Shown one piece after another: positions 31,728 through 41,438 of a stretch of DNA of 64,000 bases. The DNA is from an uncultured Saprospiraceae bacterium (GTDB lineage Bacteria > Bacteroidota > Bacteroidia > Chitinophagales > Saprospiraceae): positions 2,951-66,950 of the forward strand of contig CAXGOB010000018.1 of assembly GCA_964011275.1 (NCBI GenBank). The letters are read 5' to 3'. The notes below the pieces were generated by a model. That model worked only from the letters and a program-made list of their open reading frames with translations, searched no databases and was not told the DNA's origin. The position numbers and the translations under genes are program-made. Positions within the stretch are counted from its first letter, which is position 1. Each line of letters opens with the position of its first letter.

Positions 31728-32729
31728 ATGGATTTAAAAATCGGATCATTAGGGGGAGGATCATGGGGAACCACAGTGGCCGCCCTTACGGCAAGGAATA
31801 GCGCTACTAAGATATGGGCAAGAAGCTCAGAAACAGTAGATGATATCAATAAGAATCATAGAAATGAAAAGTATCTACCTGGAGCTAATTTGCCTAAATC
31901 TTTAGTGGCATGCAATACGATTACTGAAACCGTAAAAGATGCAGATGTTATTGTAATGGGAATTCCTGCCCAAAATTTTCGAAGTGTGTTAAGGGATGCT
32001 AAACCTTTTATTAGACCATGGGTGCCTATTATAAGCCTAGCTAAAGGATTAGAAATGGGTACTAAAATGAGAATGACAGCTGTCATTGAAGAAGAAATGC
32101 AAGGCCACCCTGCAGGTGTATTGACAGGTCCAAATTTGGCAAAGGAAATTGCAGCTGGACAGGCAGCAGCAAGTGTAATTGCAATGGTGGATAATACTAT
32201 TGCTCAAAGGCTTCAAAAAGTTTTTAACACAGGTCTATTTAGGGTGTATACTAACAATGATGTGATTGGATGTGAATTAGGCGGAGCTTTAAAAAATATT
32301 GTTGCAATAGCGACAGGAATGGGAGATGGAGCGAACGCTGGGGACAATACTCGATCAGCGATAATTACCAGAGGATTAGCGGAGTTGACCAGATTAGGAA
32401 TAGCGATGGGAGGAAAACCAACTACCTTCGCAGGGTTAGCAGGAATGGGAGATTTAGTGGCAACCTGCTCAAGTACCAAAAGTAGAAATAGGTATGTAGG
32501 TTTTAATCTTGGACAGGGAAGAAAGATAGAAGACATCATAACTGAAATGGCTGAAGTTGCAGAAGGAGTAAAAACTTCAAAAGTTGTAATGGAATTAGCC
32601 AATGAACTTAGCATAGATATGCCTATTGCAAACTCTGTTTACAAAGTGCTGTATGAAGGGGATTCTGTGAATGATGCTTTCCGGGGGCTACTTAGAAGGG
32701 ATGTGGGATCAGAAGCGGAGCCTGGTTAG
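31728..32729 (+). CDS. gpsA: NAD(P)H-dependent glycerol-3-phosphate dehydrogenase
   Basis: 333 aa. Has GGGSWGTTVA dinucleotide fold, GPNLAKEIA and GGALKNIVAIATGM signature blocks. Confidence 0.9.
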   Translation: MDLKIGSLGGGSWGTTVAALTARNSATKIWARSSETVDDINKNHRNEKYLPGANLPKSLVACNTITETVKDADVIVMGIPAQNFRSVLRDAKPFIRPWVPIISLAKGLEMGTKMRMTAVIEEEMQGHPAGVLTGPNLAKEIAAGQAAASVIAMVDNTIAQRLQKVFNTGLFRVYTNNDVIGCELGGALKNIVAIATGMGDGANAGDNTRSAIITRGLAELTRLGIAMGGKPTTFAGLAGMGDLVATCSSTKSRNRYVGFNLGQGRKIEDIITEMAEVAEGVKTSKVVMELANELSIDMPIANSVYKVLYEGDSVNDAFRGLLRRDVGSEAEPG

Positions 32730-32832
32730 TAACATGGGTGAGTTAGATATCTAAAATTTAATTTTGACCATTAAAGCCCATCAAATGAATTGCTCATCCT
32801 AATTCAGAGAATAATTTATGTTAGTAATTTTC

Positions 32833-33285
32833 TTAAGACTTTTCTATCTTTTGCTGTAAATAATCAGTAAGTCTGTCCTTTAGAAAATAATTCCATCCTG
32901 CCACTCCGCTTTCTCTTTTAAACTCAGGGATGTCGCTAGGATAGGGTTTAGTAATTACACTGGTTAAGGTCAAGGTGCATTCATCAGCAGAAGGTTTTAA
33001 ATCAAACTGAACATATCCATCACCATCATATTCAGCAAAATTAAAAGTGTATCTGATCATCTGACCTTCCAAGACTTCTAGTACTTTAAACTGATGCGTG
33101 AAATCTCTGCCTTCATTTGTGAGCAAGAATGAAGTATAAAAACCTACTTCTGGTTTGAAATCAGGAATTGCTTCAAAATACCACTGTTTCATTTCTGAGA
33201 TATTCGTAAGAGCATGCCACAATTGTTCTGAAGTACAAGAAGGGTATGAGTGGGTTATGATGATTGGCTGATCTATAAGATTCAT
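32833..33285 (-). CDS. SRPBCC (AHSA1/START-like) domain protein
   Basis: 150 aa. Size and pattern (LWHALTN...MKQWYF) are typical of Aha1-like SRPBCC proteins. Assigned from memory only. Confidence 0.5.
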   Translation of the reverse strand: MNLIDQPIIITHSYPSCTSEQLWHALTNISEMKQWYFEAIPDFKPEVGFYTSFLLTNEGRDFTHQFKVLEVLEGQMIRYTFNFAEYDGDGYVQFDLKPSADECTLTLTSVITKPYPSDIPEFKRESGVAGWNYFLKDRLTDYLQQKIEKS

Positions 33286-33397
33286 AAGAGTTATGATATT
33301 ATTATCCCATAAAGTTAAAAATCAGAAAACAAAGTTCTAGTCAAAAAAATAGGGAACATTTTATTACAAATGAGTCATTCAGCTTTTCTTTACAAAT

Positions 33398-34813
33398 ATG
33401 AAGTCAAATGAATTTCGAAAGCATGCACATCATTTTGTTGATTGGATGGCTAATTATATGGATGCTGTAGAGTCCTATCCCGTAAAGTCTCAAGTTGCTC
33501 CCAAAGAAATTTACGATCAGATAGAGCAAGAAATGCCTATTGAAGGAGTAGAAGTGGATCAAATATTCTCTGATTTTAAAGACATTATAATGCCAGGGAT
33601 TACCCACTGGCAAAGTCCTAATTTCTTTGCTTATTTCAATGCTAATGGCAGTGCACCATCAATACTAGCAGAGATGATCACAGCTACTCTTGGTGTTCAA
33701 GGGATGAAGTGGGATACTTCTCCTGCTTCTACTGAACTAGAAGAAAGAATGATGGAATGGCTCAGAGATGCGATGGGAATTCCGAGTGACTGGAGTGGGG
33801 TAATTCAGGACACAGGATCTACATCTACATTAGCATCGATTCTTACCGCAAGAGAGCAAAAGTCAAATTATCAAGTTAATGAAAAAGGCTTTAAGGGCTA
33901 CTCAAATATGCGAGTATATTGCTCAGAGGAAACTCATTCATCCATAGAAAAAGGAGCAAAAATAGCTGGAATAGGAAAAGAAAATGTGGTGAAAATTAAG
34001 TCTGATGAGCTGCTTCAAATGTGCACTGACGACTTAGAAAAAGCTATTTTGTCGGACATCGAAAATGGATATGTTCCTTGCTGTATTGCATCCACATTAG
34101 GCACTACAGGCACCACTGCAATGGACTCTGTGGATGATGTAGGGACTGTTTCCCAAAAATATAAAATATGGCATCACATAGATGCTGCATATGTTGGTTC
34201 TGCGCTATTACTTCCTGAATTTCAATTCCTAATAAAAGGGATAGAGAAAGCGGACAGCTTTTTTTTCAACCCTCATAAATGGATGTTTACCAATTTTGAT
34301 TGTTCTGCCTACTTCGTGAAAGATAAGAATGCACTTATTAACACCTTTGCCATACTCCCGGAATATCTGAAAACTTCAAATGACGGTGTAGTTAATAATC
34401 ATTGTGATTGGGGAGTGCCTTTAGGTAGAAGATTTAGATCATTGAAGTTGTGGTTTGTGATAAGATACTATGGCCTTAAAGGAATTCAACAAAAACTCAG
34501 AAGTCACATTGAATTAGCAAAATGGTTAGAAGTTCAGATTAATGACTCTAAAGACTTTCAAATGATTATTCCAAGGACCATGAACTTAGTTTGTTTTCAC
34601 TTTAATCCTATGGAATCAAAGGATGTGCCTGCATTGAATGAGGTAAATGAAAAGCTACTTAACACACTCAATGCTTCAGGATCTATCTATCTTACACATA
34701 CGAAAGTGGATGAAGTCTACACATTACGAATGGTGATTGGCCAGACCAATGTGACACAAAATCATGTTGAAAATGCATGGAGTCACATTTTAGAATCTGC
34801 TAAAAATTTATGA
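33398..34813 (+). CDS. group II pyridoxal-dependent decarboxylase (aromatic-L-amino-acid/tyrosine decarboxylase-like)
   Basis: 471 aa. Has HWQSPNFFAYF, HIDAAYVGSA and the PLP-lysine block FNPHKWMF. Confidence 0.85.
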   Translation: MKSNEFRKHAHHFVDWMANYMDAVESYPVKSQVAPKEIYDQIEQEMPIEGVEVDQIFSDFKDIIMPGITHWQSPNFFAYFNANGSAPSILAEMITATLGVQGMKWDTSPASTELEERMMEWLRDAMGIPSDWSGVIQDTGSTSTLASILTAREQKSNYQVNEKGFKGYSNMRVYCSEETHSSIEKGAKIAGIGKENVVKIKSDELLQMCTDDLEKAILSDIENGYVPCCIASTLGTTGTTAMDSVDDVGTVSQKYKIWHHIDAAYVGSALLLPEFQFLIKGIEKADSFFFNPHKWMFTNFDCSAYFVKDKNALINTFAILPEYLKTSNDGVVNNHCDWGVPLGRRFRSLKLWFVIRYYGLKGIQQKLRSHIELAKWLEVQINDSKDFQMIIPRTMNLVCFHFNPMESKDVPALNEVNEKLLNTLNASGSIYLTHTKVDEVYTLRMVIGQTNVTQNHVENAWSHILESAKNL

Positions 34814-34825
34814 GAGAGAAATTCC

Positions 34826-35392
34826 TTATAAGAAGTCTACCTTCCCTCCATCCAGATTATAATAAGCAGGAACAATCTCAACTTCACCTCTATCCACAAA
34901 ATCTTTGATAATAGCCGATCTGCTTGCTAATTCTTGGGCTGTCAGTTTGGCGTTGACTTTTACAATGTCGTTGATTTCTGCTCCCTCTTCAGATGCTGCT
35001 AACGCAGGGGCAACATGTGATAATAAGTGATTTAAGTTATAACCGTTATCTCCTCCTGCTGCTGCTGCTGTCACTGCTCCGCAGCTCTCGTGTCCTAAAA
35101 CCACTATTACTTTGGATCCGCAATGAGCCACAGCATATTCTATACTGGCCATTGATGATGTATTAGCAACATTACCTGCTACTCTAACAACAAAAAGTTC
35201 ACCTAGACCTGTATCAAATGCCAATTCAGGAACTACACGACTATCTGCACAACTGAGCACTATTGCATAAGGCTGTTGTCCTCCTACTAATGAATCGCGT
35301 CTTGTGCTATTTTGAAGTTTGCCATCCAATTGATCTGATACGAATCTGGCATTTCCATCCTTTAGCCTTTGTACTACTTCATTATTTGTCAT
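34826..35392 (-). CDS. beta-class carbonic anhydrase
   Basis: 188 aa. Has zinc ligand motifs SCADSRV and GHESCGAV. Confidence 0.85.
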   Translation of the reverse strand: MTNNEVVQRLKDGNARFVSDQLDGKLQNSTRRDSLVGGQQPYAIVLSCADSRVVPELAFDTGLGELFVVRVAGNVANTSSMASIEYAVAHCGSKVIVVLGHESCGAVTAAAAGGDNGYNLNHLLSHVAPALAASEEGAEINDIVKVNAKLTAQELASRSAIIKDFVDRGEVEIVPAYYNLDGGKVDFL

Positions 35393-35505
35393 GATATCTT
35401 ATATTAAATTGTTTCTGAATTTTGCAAAAATAATTTTCAAAATTGAATGTCAATACATTTTTGGAAATAAATCTAATAACTACTAATAGTTATTAACAAA
35501 CGACT

Positions 35506-36213
35506 CTAAACCTCAAGTTCCTGATTTTCAATTTTGGGGTATTTCTTCATTAAAACCCATGTGACGAAACCTGGAATAATTATAGCTTGCCAAAGAAAAA
35601 ATACTAGATTGGTCCATTCACCAAATTGTTCTGTAGGGCCAGCCGGAATGAAAAGCGAGTTGCCTAGAGGGCCTGCAGAAAGAAAGACAATGCTTACTAA
35701 AATCCAGCCGAAATGTAGACCCAAAGGAGCATAAAGAGATTTAGTTTTGGCAAATGCATAGGCAAACATCCATCCTCCAGCACCTGTTAATAGAAATACA
35801 TAAATCATAGGAATAATACGCCCTCCGATCATATTGTAGCTGAACCAATGATATATTCCAAATGCTATGGCACTAAGCATACACCCTTTGACAATTCCAA
35901 TATATCTTATCAAAATATATAATATGGCTCCGCGGAAAATGAGCTCTTCAAAAAGTGCAGCTTTCAAGGTCCACCAAGCCCCATTAATGCCTTCATTGAA
36001 TCCATAATCTGGATTCCGGATGTAATGTTCATTTTTGAGATAGGCTTGGCCAACTAAATTTATAACACAAAATATCGCCATAGGTATAAATCCCCATAAA
36101 AACTCTTTCAATCTTTGGAAAGAAGGAACTATGCCTAAGGCTGTTATATGCTCTTTCAAAACAAACCATAGAATTAACCAAGAAAGAATGAAAACTACTA
36201 TAACACCTAACAT
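35506..36213 (-). CDS. CPBP (CAAX) family intramembrane glutamic endopeptidase
   Basis: 235 aa polytopic protein. Has motif 1 EELIFRG, motif 2 FGIYH and a later H (GLHFGW). Confidence 0.8.
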   Translation of the reverse strand: MLGVIVVFILSWLILWFVLKEHITALGIVPSFQRLKEFLWGFIPMAIFCVINLVGQAYLKNEHYIRNPDYGFNEGINGAWWTLKAALFEELIFRGAILYILIRYIGIVKGCMLSAIAFGIYHWFSYNMIGGRIIPMIYVFLLTGAGGWMFAYAFAKTKSLYAPLGLHFGWILVSIVFLSAGPLGNSLFIPAGPTEQFGEWTNLVFFLWQAIIIPGFVTWVLMKKYPKIENQELEV

Positions 36214-36293
36214 CTACTGTTTAAATTTGAATGATTGAAGAAAAATGTTTGGTCAAACCATCAATAGGTTGATATTGATTCATGAATGAATTC

Positions 36294-37316
36294 TCAAATC
36301 AAAATATCAAAATTTTCTGTAGGTTTTATAGGAGAAGGTAAATCTGTTTCATCTAACATTTGTCTTATATCTATTTCTATTCCTCGAGATATGGAGGTGA
36401 TAGGGACATCGTTATGAAGTCCTTCAAATGGGTTCTCACTATAGTCTCCAATCAGCTCCATCATCCAGAATACCCACGAGCCAATTATAGAAAATGGAAT
36501 GGCTATCAGGGTAAACATTTCATTATCATGATCATGAAAGATATTCAGCATACCGAATGGCAATAATGCAATGAAGATTACAACAAAGAAATAATTGACA
36601 GATGCATATTGTCGAGGAAAAGGAAAGTTTTTAATCCTTTCTGATTTTCCTTGAAGGGTATAAAATTCAGTAATCAGACCCTGCATCTCTAGATGCCTGA
36701 AGTGCTCTAAGTGTCCTGTTTTTCTAAGAGCCATTAAGCTCTTACTCTGCATACTCAATAGATGTGAAGACCTATTGCCTTTTTTCATAACATATTCGAA
36801 CTCATCTCAGGAGAGATAAGGTTTTATCTGATCAAAATTTTCTTCTTTACAGCTTAGACCTAACTCTTTTCTGAAGGCTTCGTCTCTTTCGCTATCATGT
36901 TCCCATGTTTTAATCTTTCTCATTTCTAGAGCCAATGCGCGGAGCCATGCCACATGTCGATGGACTATAGACTGTCTCGTTTGAATAAGTTCCTCATTCG
37001 TTTTTTCAACTGTTGCTTCATCATTAATTATAAAATCTCGGGCCATTACTGTGAAAGATCTGGATGCATTCACAATCCCTCCCCAGATTTTTCGTGCTTC
37101 CCATAACCTATCATAGGAGGAATTATTTTTAAATCCTAAATAGAATGCTACTGCTATACCTATAAGTGATATAGGTTGCCATGGAAGATGTAACCATTCT
37201 AAACCTAAAACGGAATGAGCTAAAACTATGGCAGAATCAAATATGACAAAAATCATCACGTATTTCTTGCTCCACATTAGTGTTCTCCAAAAAGAAAATC
37301 TAGTACCTATATACAT
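36294..37316 (-). pseudogene. bestrophin/YneE (UPF0187) family anion channel gene interrupted by one in-frame TGA
   Basis: ORFs 36807-37316 (N-terminal half, FYLGFKNNSSYDRLWEARKIWGG) and 36294-36788 (C-terminal half, FPFPRQYA...ENPFEG) are in the same frame. They are joined as ...QIKPYLS-TGA-DEFEYVMKKGNR... with the stop at 36807-36809. Confidence 0.75.
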
Positions 37317-37807
37317 ATTGGTTATTTATAAATCTTATCAGCTTTGCAAAATATATAATTCAATTGAAATGATATGTATGGGATCCCAAATCGGAACCCT
37401 TAAGCTGCGATAAGGCAGCAGATCAGCATAGTGAGAAATAAAATGATGAGACCAGAAAAGAAATACTGCAGTGTCTTTTTATAATAGGCCTGTGAATATA
37501 TTGGGCCCGCTTAGATTTATCATTTAATATGAGCCTAGAAGCTCTTTCTGCGGACATTAAAGTATGTATATAATGACCTCATCCCAGAAGTCAATTGTCT
37601 TCTGGTTTTTCATTATGAGCTTAATTTATGTCCTCCTAGTATTCTTCTGAATTATCAACTTCATCACAGATGATAAAATCAAAATTTGAGCTATTTGCTT
37701 CTAATTGATTCATGGATAAAACATGGATTCCAGGCAGGACCATTTTTCAAATCGAATACTAGAATTTCATGGCAAGCACCTGCAGATGATATTTATTAAA
37801 CTGTGGA

Positions 37808-38971
37808 TTACATTAATTTTCTAAATCCTATTCCAAAGTATAATTTCTTAATCATTTCTATATATTGATTTGTAAATCGTTCATTATCAAAAAGATCAAA
37901 AAAAGATCTTTTTGACGAACAAATGCTATTCTTTCATTTTGGGTGTATTTTACCATCTGATGTAATCTGATCTTCTTTTATCAATGATATCCATGACAAC
38001 CTTTTTTTCGTCTACTCCATTATCGCTATAATAACACCATGCTGTAATCACTAATGTTTCGTACTCTTTACTCCCTCTGGATTCTAAATTTTCAATAAGT
38101 GTGGCAATTAAGAATTTAGGCAATTTAACAGAGCTCTCTGAGCATATTCGACTTACACCATCACTAATGTTAGAGATAGAAAAACTTCTTCAAGACTATC
38201 TTTTTATTTATCTAAATCTATACCTTATGTTTCATCAAGATTGACAGAGGCCTCTTTATCCTTAAATGCCCATATGAATTGGCTAAATACCGGATCATTC
38301 ATACAATACTCAATAGTGTCATGGCCGTGAATTGCTCCGGGAATCCCTAATACAGAATTTCCAGCATTGAGCAATCGAATTTTCATTTTTTCATATGGTA
38401 GGACGTCAGGTACAAATTAAACTCCTAATTTTTCTAATTGGGCCTTCCATTACAAAATTTATCTTCAATTATCCATTTAAAAAATGGCTCATATACTACA
38501 GCTCATTCATCAATGATTCCATAATTTGTTTTTAGATAATTAGAATCAGAATCTTTTGATACCGGAGTGATTCTGTCTAGTATTGAATTGAGGAATCTTA
38601 CCATTTTCTCAATCCACTTTGCTAGTTCTAGATCTTGTCTTTCTTTCCGAATTTTTAGAACTGCTGTCAAATATCCAGATGCTGTTTTGGGTGGACTATT
38701 ATTTTTTAGAGCATGAATGATCTCAGGGTTGTTAAAGTAGAATTCTCCTGTTGAAGGATTAAAGTTATATCCTCATGTGTAATTGTGAGTGAAACAATTT
38801 TAGTGTCGGAATGAGAGAGTTCTTCAATGGCTAATTCAGGAGTATCAACTGCAAGGGTATTATTCATAATAGATGCTATAATTTTACTTTCTATCTGTCC
38901 ATCAGGATGTTGAATGATAAGAGTATATCATCGATCTTGTTTTCTAAGAATTTTAGATTTGATATGTTCAT
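37808..38971 (-). pseudogene. decayed mannitol dehydrogenase family gene (mannitol 2-dehydrogenase/fructuronate reductase-like)
   Basis: My own minus-strand translation recovers ordered family blocks in shifting frames. The blocks are YTLIIQHPDGQIESKIIASI...IVSLTITHE; GYNFNPSTGEFYFNNPEIIHAL...ASGYLTAVLKIRKE; LAKWIEKMVRFLNSILDRITPVS; DE*AVVYEPFFKWIIEDKFCNGRP; VPDVLPYEKMKIRLLNAGNSVLG; NISDGVSRICSESSVKLPKFL...VITAWCYY; and FDNERFTNQY...*. There are at least 3 in-frame stops and at least 4 frameshifts. The N-terminal Rossmann part and the SCDN region are missing. Confidence 0.8.
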
Positions 38972-39048
38972 TTGATCAGGACCTGACTTAATCTTTTATC
39001 AATATGAAATTTTAGTTTGTATCATTGTTAAATTAGAAATTGGAAGCT

Positions 39049-40221
39049 ATGATAAAATATATTATTCTATTGACCACAATGGTATTTTTAATATCATGCA
39101 AATCCGAACAAAAGGAAATGGATAATGACGTTGATTTGCCATTTGTTTTAGACCTAAATGCAATCAGCGATAAGATTATTGATCTATCTAAGTTAAAGCC
39201 AGGAGAAAGAGTCCTTTTGGTTATGGCTCCAGGAGAATTTGATGACATTATCAATGAACTAAGAGAGTCGATAGAAGCTAAAAACGCTGCCTACTTGGGT
39301 ACAATGAGTGTTTCAGATTTGCAACCTGAAGAATGGACCACAACATGGATATCTGAAAGAATGAATAAGGATGATGAACGACTCGAAGCACTATTTGAAG
39401 ACGTGGATTTAGGGATAATGCTTCCAGGAGCATCACCCATTCATCAGCCATATAAAGTGCTGCAAAGTATGCTCGAAGGAACATCTAAGAGAACTATTCA
39501 TTTTCATTGGGCTGGAGCCTATGACTTGAATGGAAATCTTTTAAATACTGATGATGAAAAGAGTGAATTTTACCAAAATGTGATCCTGAATACTGATTAC
39601 AAAGCCTTAAGCGAAGCTCAAGTATCTTTCGAAAATGCAATGAGGAATGAAGAGATTCGGGTAATCACTGAAGAAGGAACCGATATAAGCTTTAAAATAG
39701 GAGATCGCCCTGTTACTAAACAAGATGGGAATGCCTCAAAATCAAGAGCATCAGAAGGGATGAATCTAATAGATCGTGAAATAGAAATCCCTTCAGGGGC
39801 GATAAGGGTGGCACCAATAGAAGAAAGTGTAAATGGTATTATTGCCTTCCCAAATGCCAAGTGGGATGATACTGATGTAGAAGACTTAAAAGTAACTATT
39901 GAATCAGGTAAAATCGTGGAGATTAAAGCTTCCAAAGGTGAAGAAGCAGTAAGGAATGAGATGACCAAAGCAGGAGATGCTGGCAGATCATTTAGGGAGT
40001 TCGCTTTAGGATTTAATCCTATGATGACAATTCAGGAAGGAAATCTGCCTTGGATACCTTACTATGGATATGGAGCAGGAGTAGTAAGATTGTCACTAGG
40101 TGATAATACTGAATTAGGTGGAAAAGTAGGTGGAGGATATGTAAGATGGAATTTCTTTCCTAATGCAACGGTTACAGTTGGGGATGAAATATGGGTAAAA
40201 AAGGGCAAATTACTCAGGTAG
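39049..40221 (+). CDS. aminopeptidase-like lipoprotein (M29 aminopeptidase T/S-like)
   Basis: The ORF is open from the TTG at 39040. The ATG at 39049 gives MIKYIILLTTMVFLISCKSE (lipobox). Blocks LKPGERVLLV, EIEIPSGAIRVAPIEESVNG and EFALGFNP resemble the M29 family. Not verified. Confidence 0.45.
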   Translation: MIKYIILLTTMVFLISCKSEQKEMDNDVDLPFVLDLNAISDKIIDLSKLKPGERVLLVMAPGEFDDIINELRESIEAKNAAYLGTMSVSDLQPEEWTTTWISERMNKDDERLEALFEDVDLGIMLPGASPIHQPYKVLQSMLEGTSKRTIHFHWAGAYDLNGNLLNTDDEKSEFYQNVILNTDYKALSEAQVSFENAMRNEEIRVITEEGTDISFKIGDRPVTKQDGNASKSRASEGMNLIDREIEIPSGAIRVAPIEESVNGIIAFPNAKWDDTDVEDLKVTIESGKIVEIKASKGEEAVRNEMTKAGDAGRSFREFALGFNPMMTIQEGNLPWIPYYGYGAGVVRLSLGDNTELGGKVGGGYVRWNFFPNATVTVGDEIWVKKGKLLR

Positions 40222-40223
40222 GA

Positions 40224-41432
40224 TTAACCGAATATCCAATTTTTAAGCCCTTGTTTCATTTCAGAAATTCCAATATGAGTGGCTAATCTTAATCCTGAGT
40301 ATTCATGATTGAGGCCTTTTCCTTTTGCCAAATTCTTAATTTGTAGATCATAGAATCCAGCTTCAGCATTATCAGGATTGTTCTTATCTAATACTTCGAA
40401 ATATGGATCTGGAATTATTGAATCAGAACCATTTATGAAGCCACTAGGGAAATCTTCTTTGATTAAAAATGGTCTTCCAAATCCTATAATGTCCAACTCT
40501 TCATTGGTTAGTACTTCATTGCAAAAGTCTAGCGATCTGAAACCTCCTGTTACCATTAATGGAATTTTATACTCAGTTTTCATTTCTTTAGCAAAGTCTA
40601 TAAAGTAAGCCTCTCGCCTCTGAGTACTTTCTTTTAAACCATATCCGAAGAGAGCAGTCTGTTCATAGGTGCCTCCAGATATTTCAACTAGATCTAGCCC
40701 TCTTTCTTCAAGGCCTTTTATAACAATTTTCGCATCATTTTGATCATAACCACCTTTCATGAAGTCAGCGGAGTTTAGCTTAACGGAAATTGGAAAATTT
40801 GTTCCTAATTTCTTTCTTGCTTTTTCTACTATGGTAAAAAGGAGTCTTGCTCTGTTATCTATTGATCCGCCCCATTTGTCTTCTCTCTTATTCGTTTTGG
40901 GAGATAAGAACTGACTGATTAGATATCCATGCGCAGCGTGAAATTGAATCCCTGAGAAACCAGCCTTTTTACAAAACACAGCCCCATGAATAAATCTTTT
41001 GATCACGTCTTCTATACCACTCTCGGATAGCGCTTTAGGTTTTCCAAAAAGGCCCATCTTATTAAGCTTTACATCAGAGGCTGATACTGGTTTTCTAGTA
41101 GAAAATAAAGTTGCTTGTCTTCCGGCATGACTGAGTTGAGCCCAAAAGTGATTGCCATGATTCAACACGCCTTCAGCCCATTTTTTGAAAGGAGTGATAT
41201 CAGTTTTGTCCTCGACTACAACATTACCTGTAGATTCTAAATATCTCTTATCTACAAGGATGTTGCCACTAAGCATCATTCCAGCTCCATTTTTTGCCCA
41301 ATGATCATATAGATCAAAATGACGCTTATTTGGGAGGTGATTAGCTTTTGCCTGACGTTCAGTGAGGGCTGCTTTTGCTATTCGATTACCCAGTGTAACA
41401 CCACAGGGAAGTGTAAAAGGAGTATTTATCAT
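40224..41432 (-). CDS. NADH:flavin oxidoreductase (Old Yellow Enzyme family)
   Basis: 402 aa. Has HAAHGYLISQFLSPKTNKREDKWGGSIDNRARL, the canonical OYE active-site block. Confidence 0.85.
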   Translation of the reverse strand: MINTPFTLPCGVTLGNRIAKAALTERQAKANHLPNKRHFDLYDHWAKNGAGMMLSGNILVDKRYLESTGNVVVEDKTDITPFKKWAEGVLNHGNHFWAQLSHAGRQATLFSTRKPVSASDVKLNKMGLFGKPKALSESGIEDVIKRFIHGAVFCKKAGFSGIQFHAAHGYLISQFLSPKTNKREDKWGGSIDNRARLLFTIVEKARKKLGTNFPISVKLNSADFMKGGYDQNDAKIVIKGLEERGLDLVEISGGTYEQTALFGYGLKESTQRREAYFIDFAKEMKTEYKIPLMVTGGFRSLDFCNEVLTNEELDIIGFGRPFLIKEDFPSGFINGSDSIIPDPYFEVLDKNNPDNAEAGFYDLQIKNLAKGKGLNHEYSGLRLATHIGISEMKQGLKNWIFG

Positions 41433-41438
41433 ATATAT

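Noticed and set aside
32213-32614. 133-aa minus-strand ORF inside gpsA; similar antisense ORFs at 31856-32086, 39618-39968, 23666-23971 and 30071-30403
   Set aside because: All lie fully within strongly supported genes on the opposite strand and lack any family signature.
36807-36809. The TGA in the bestrophin gene as selenocysteine, or TGA-to-Trp/Gly recoding
   Set aside because: TGA terminates other well-defined genes in the window (14324-14326, 47985-47987, 56117-56119). I could find no SECIS-like hairpin immediately downstream. The other interrupted genes use TAG and TAA instead.
37420-37807. Possible further gene remnant; a minus-strand frame reads ISSAGACHEILVFDLKNGPAWNPCFIHES, vaguely like an SDR NISS.aG block
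   Set aside because: It is a single short, stop-flanked fragment with no second supporting block. That is too weak to call a pseudogene.
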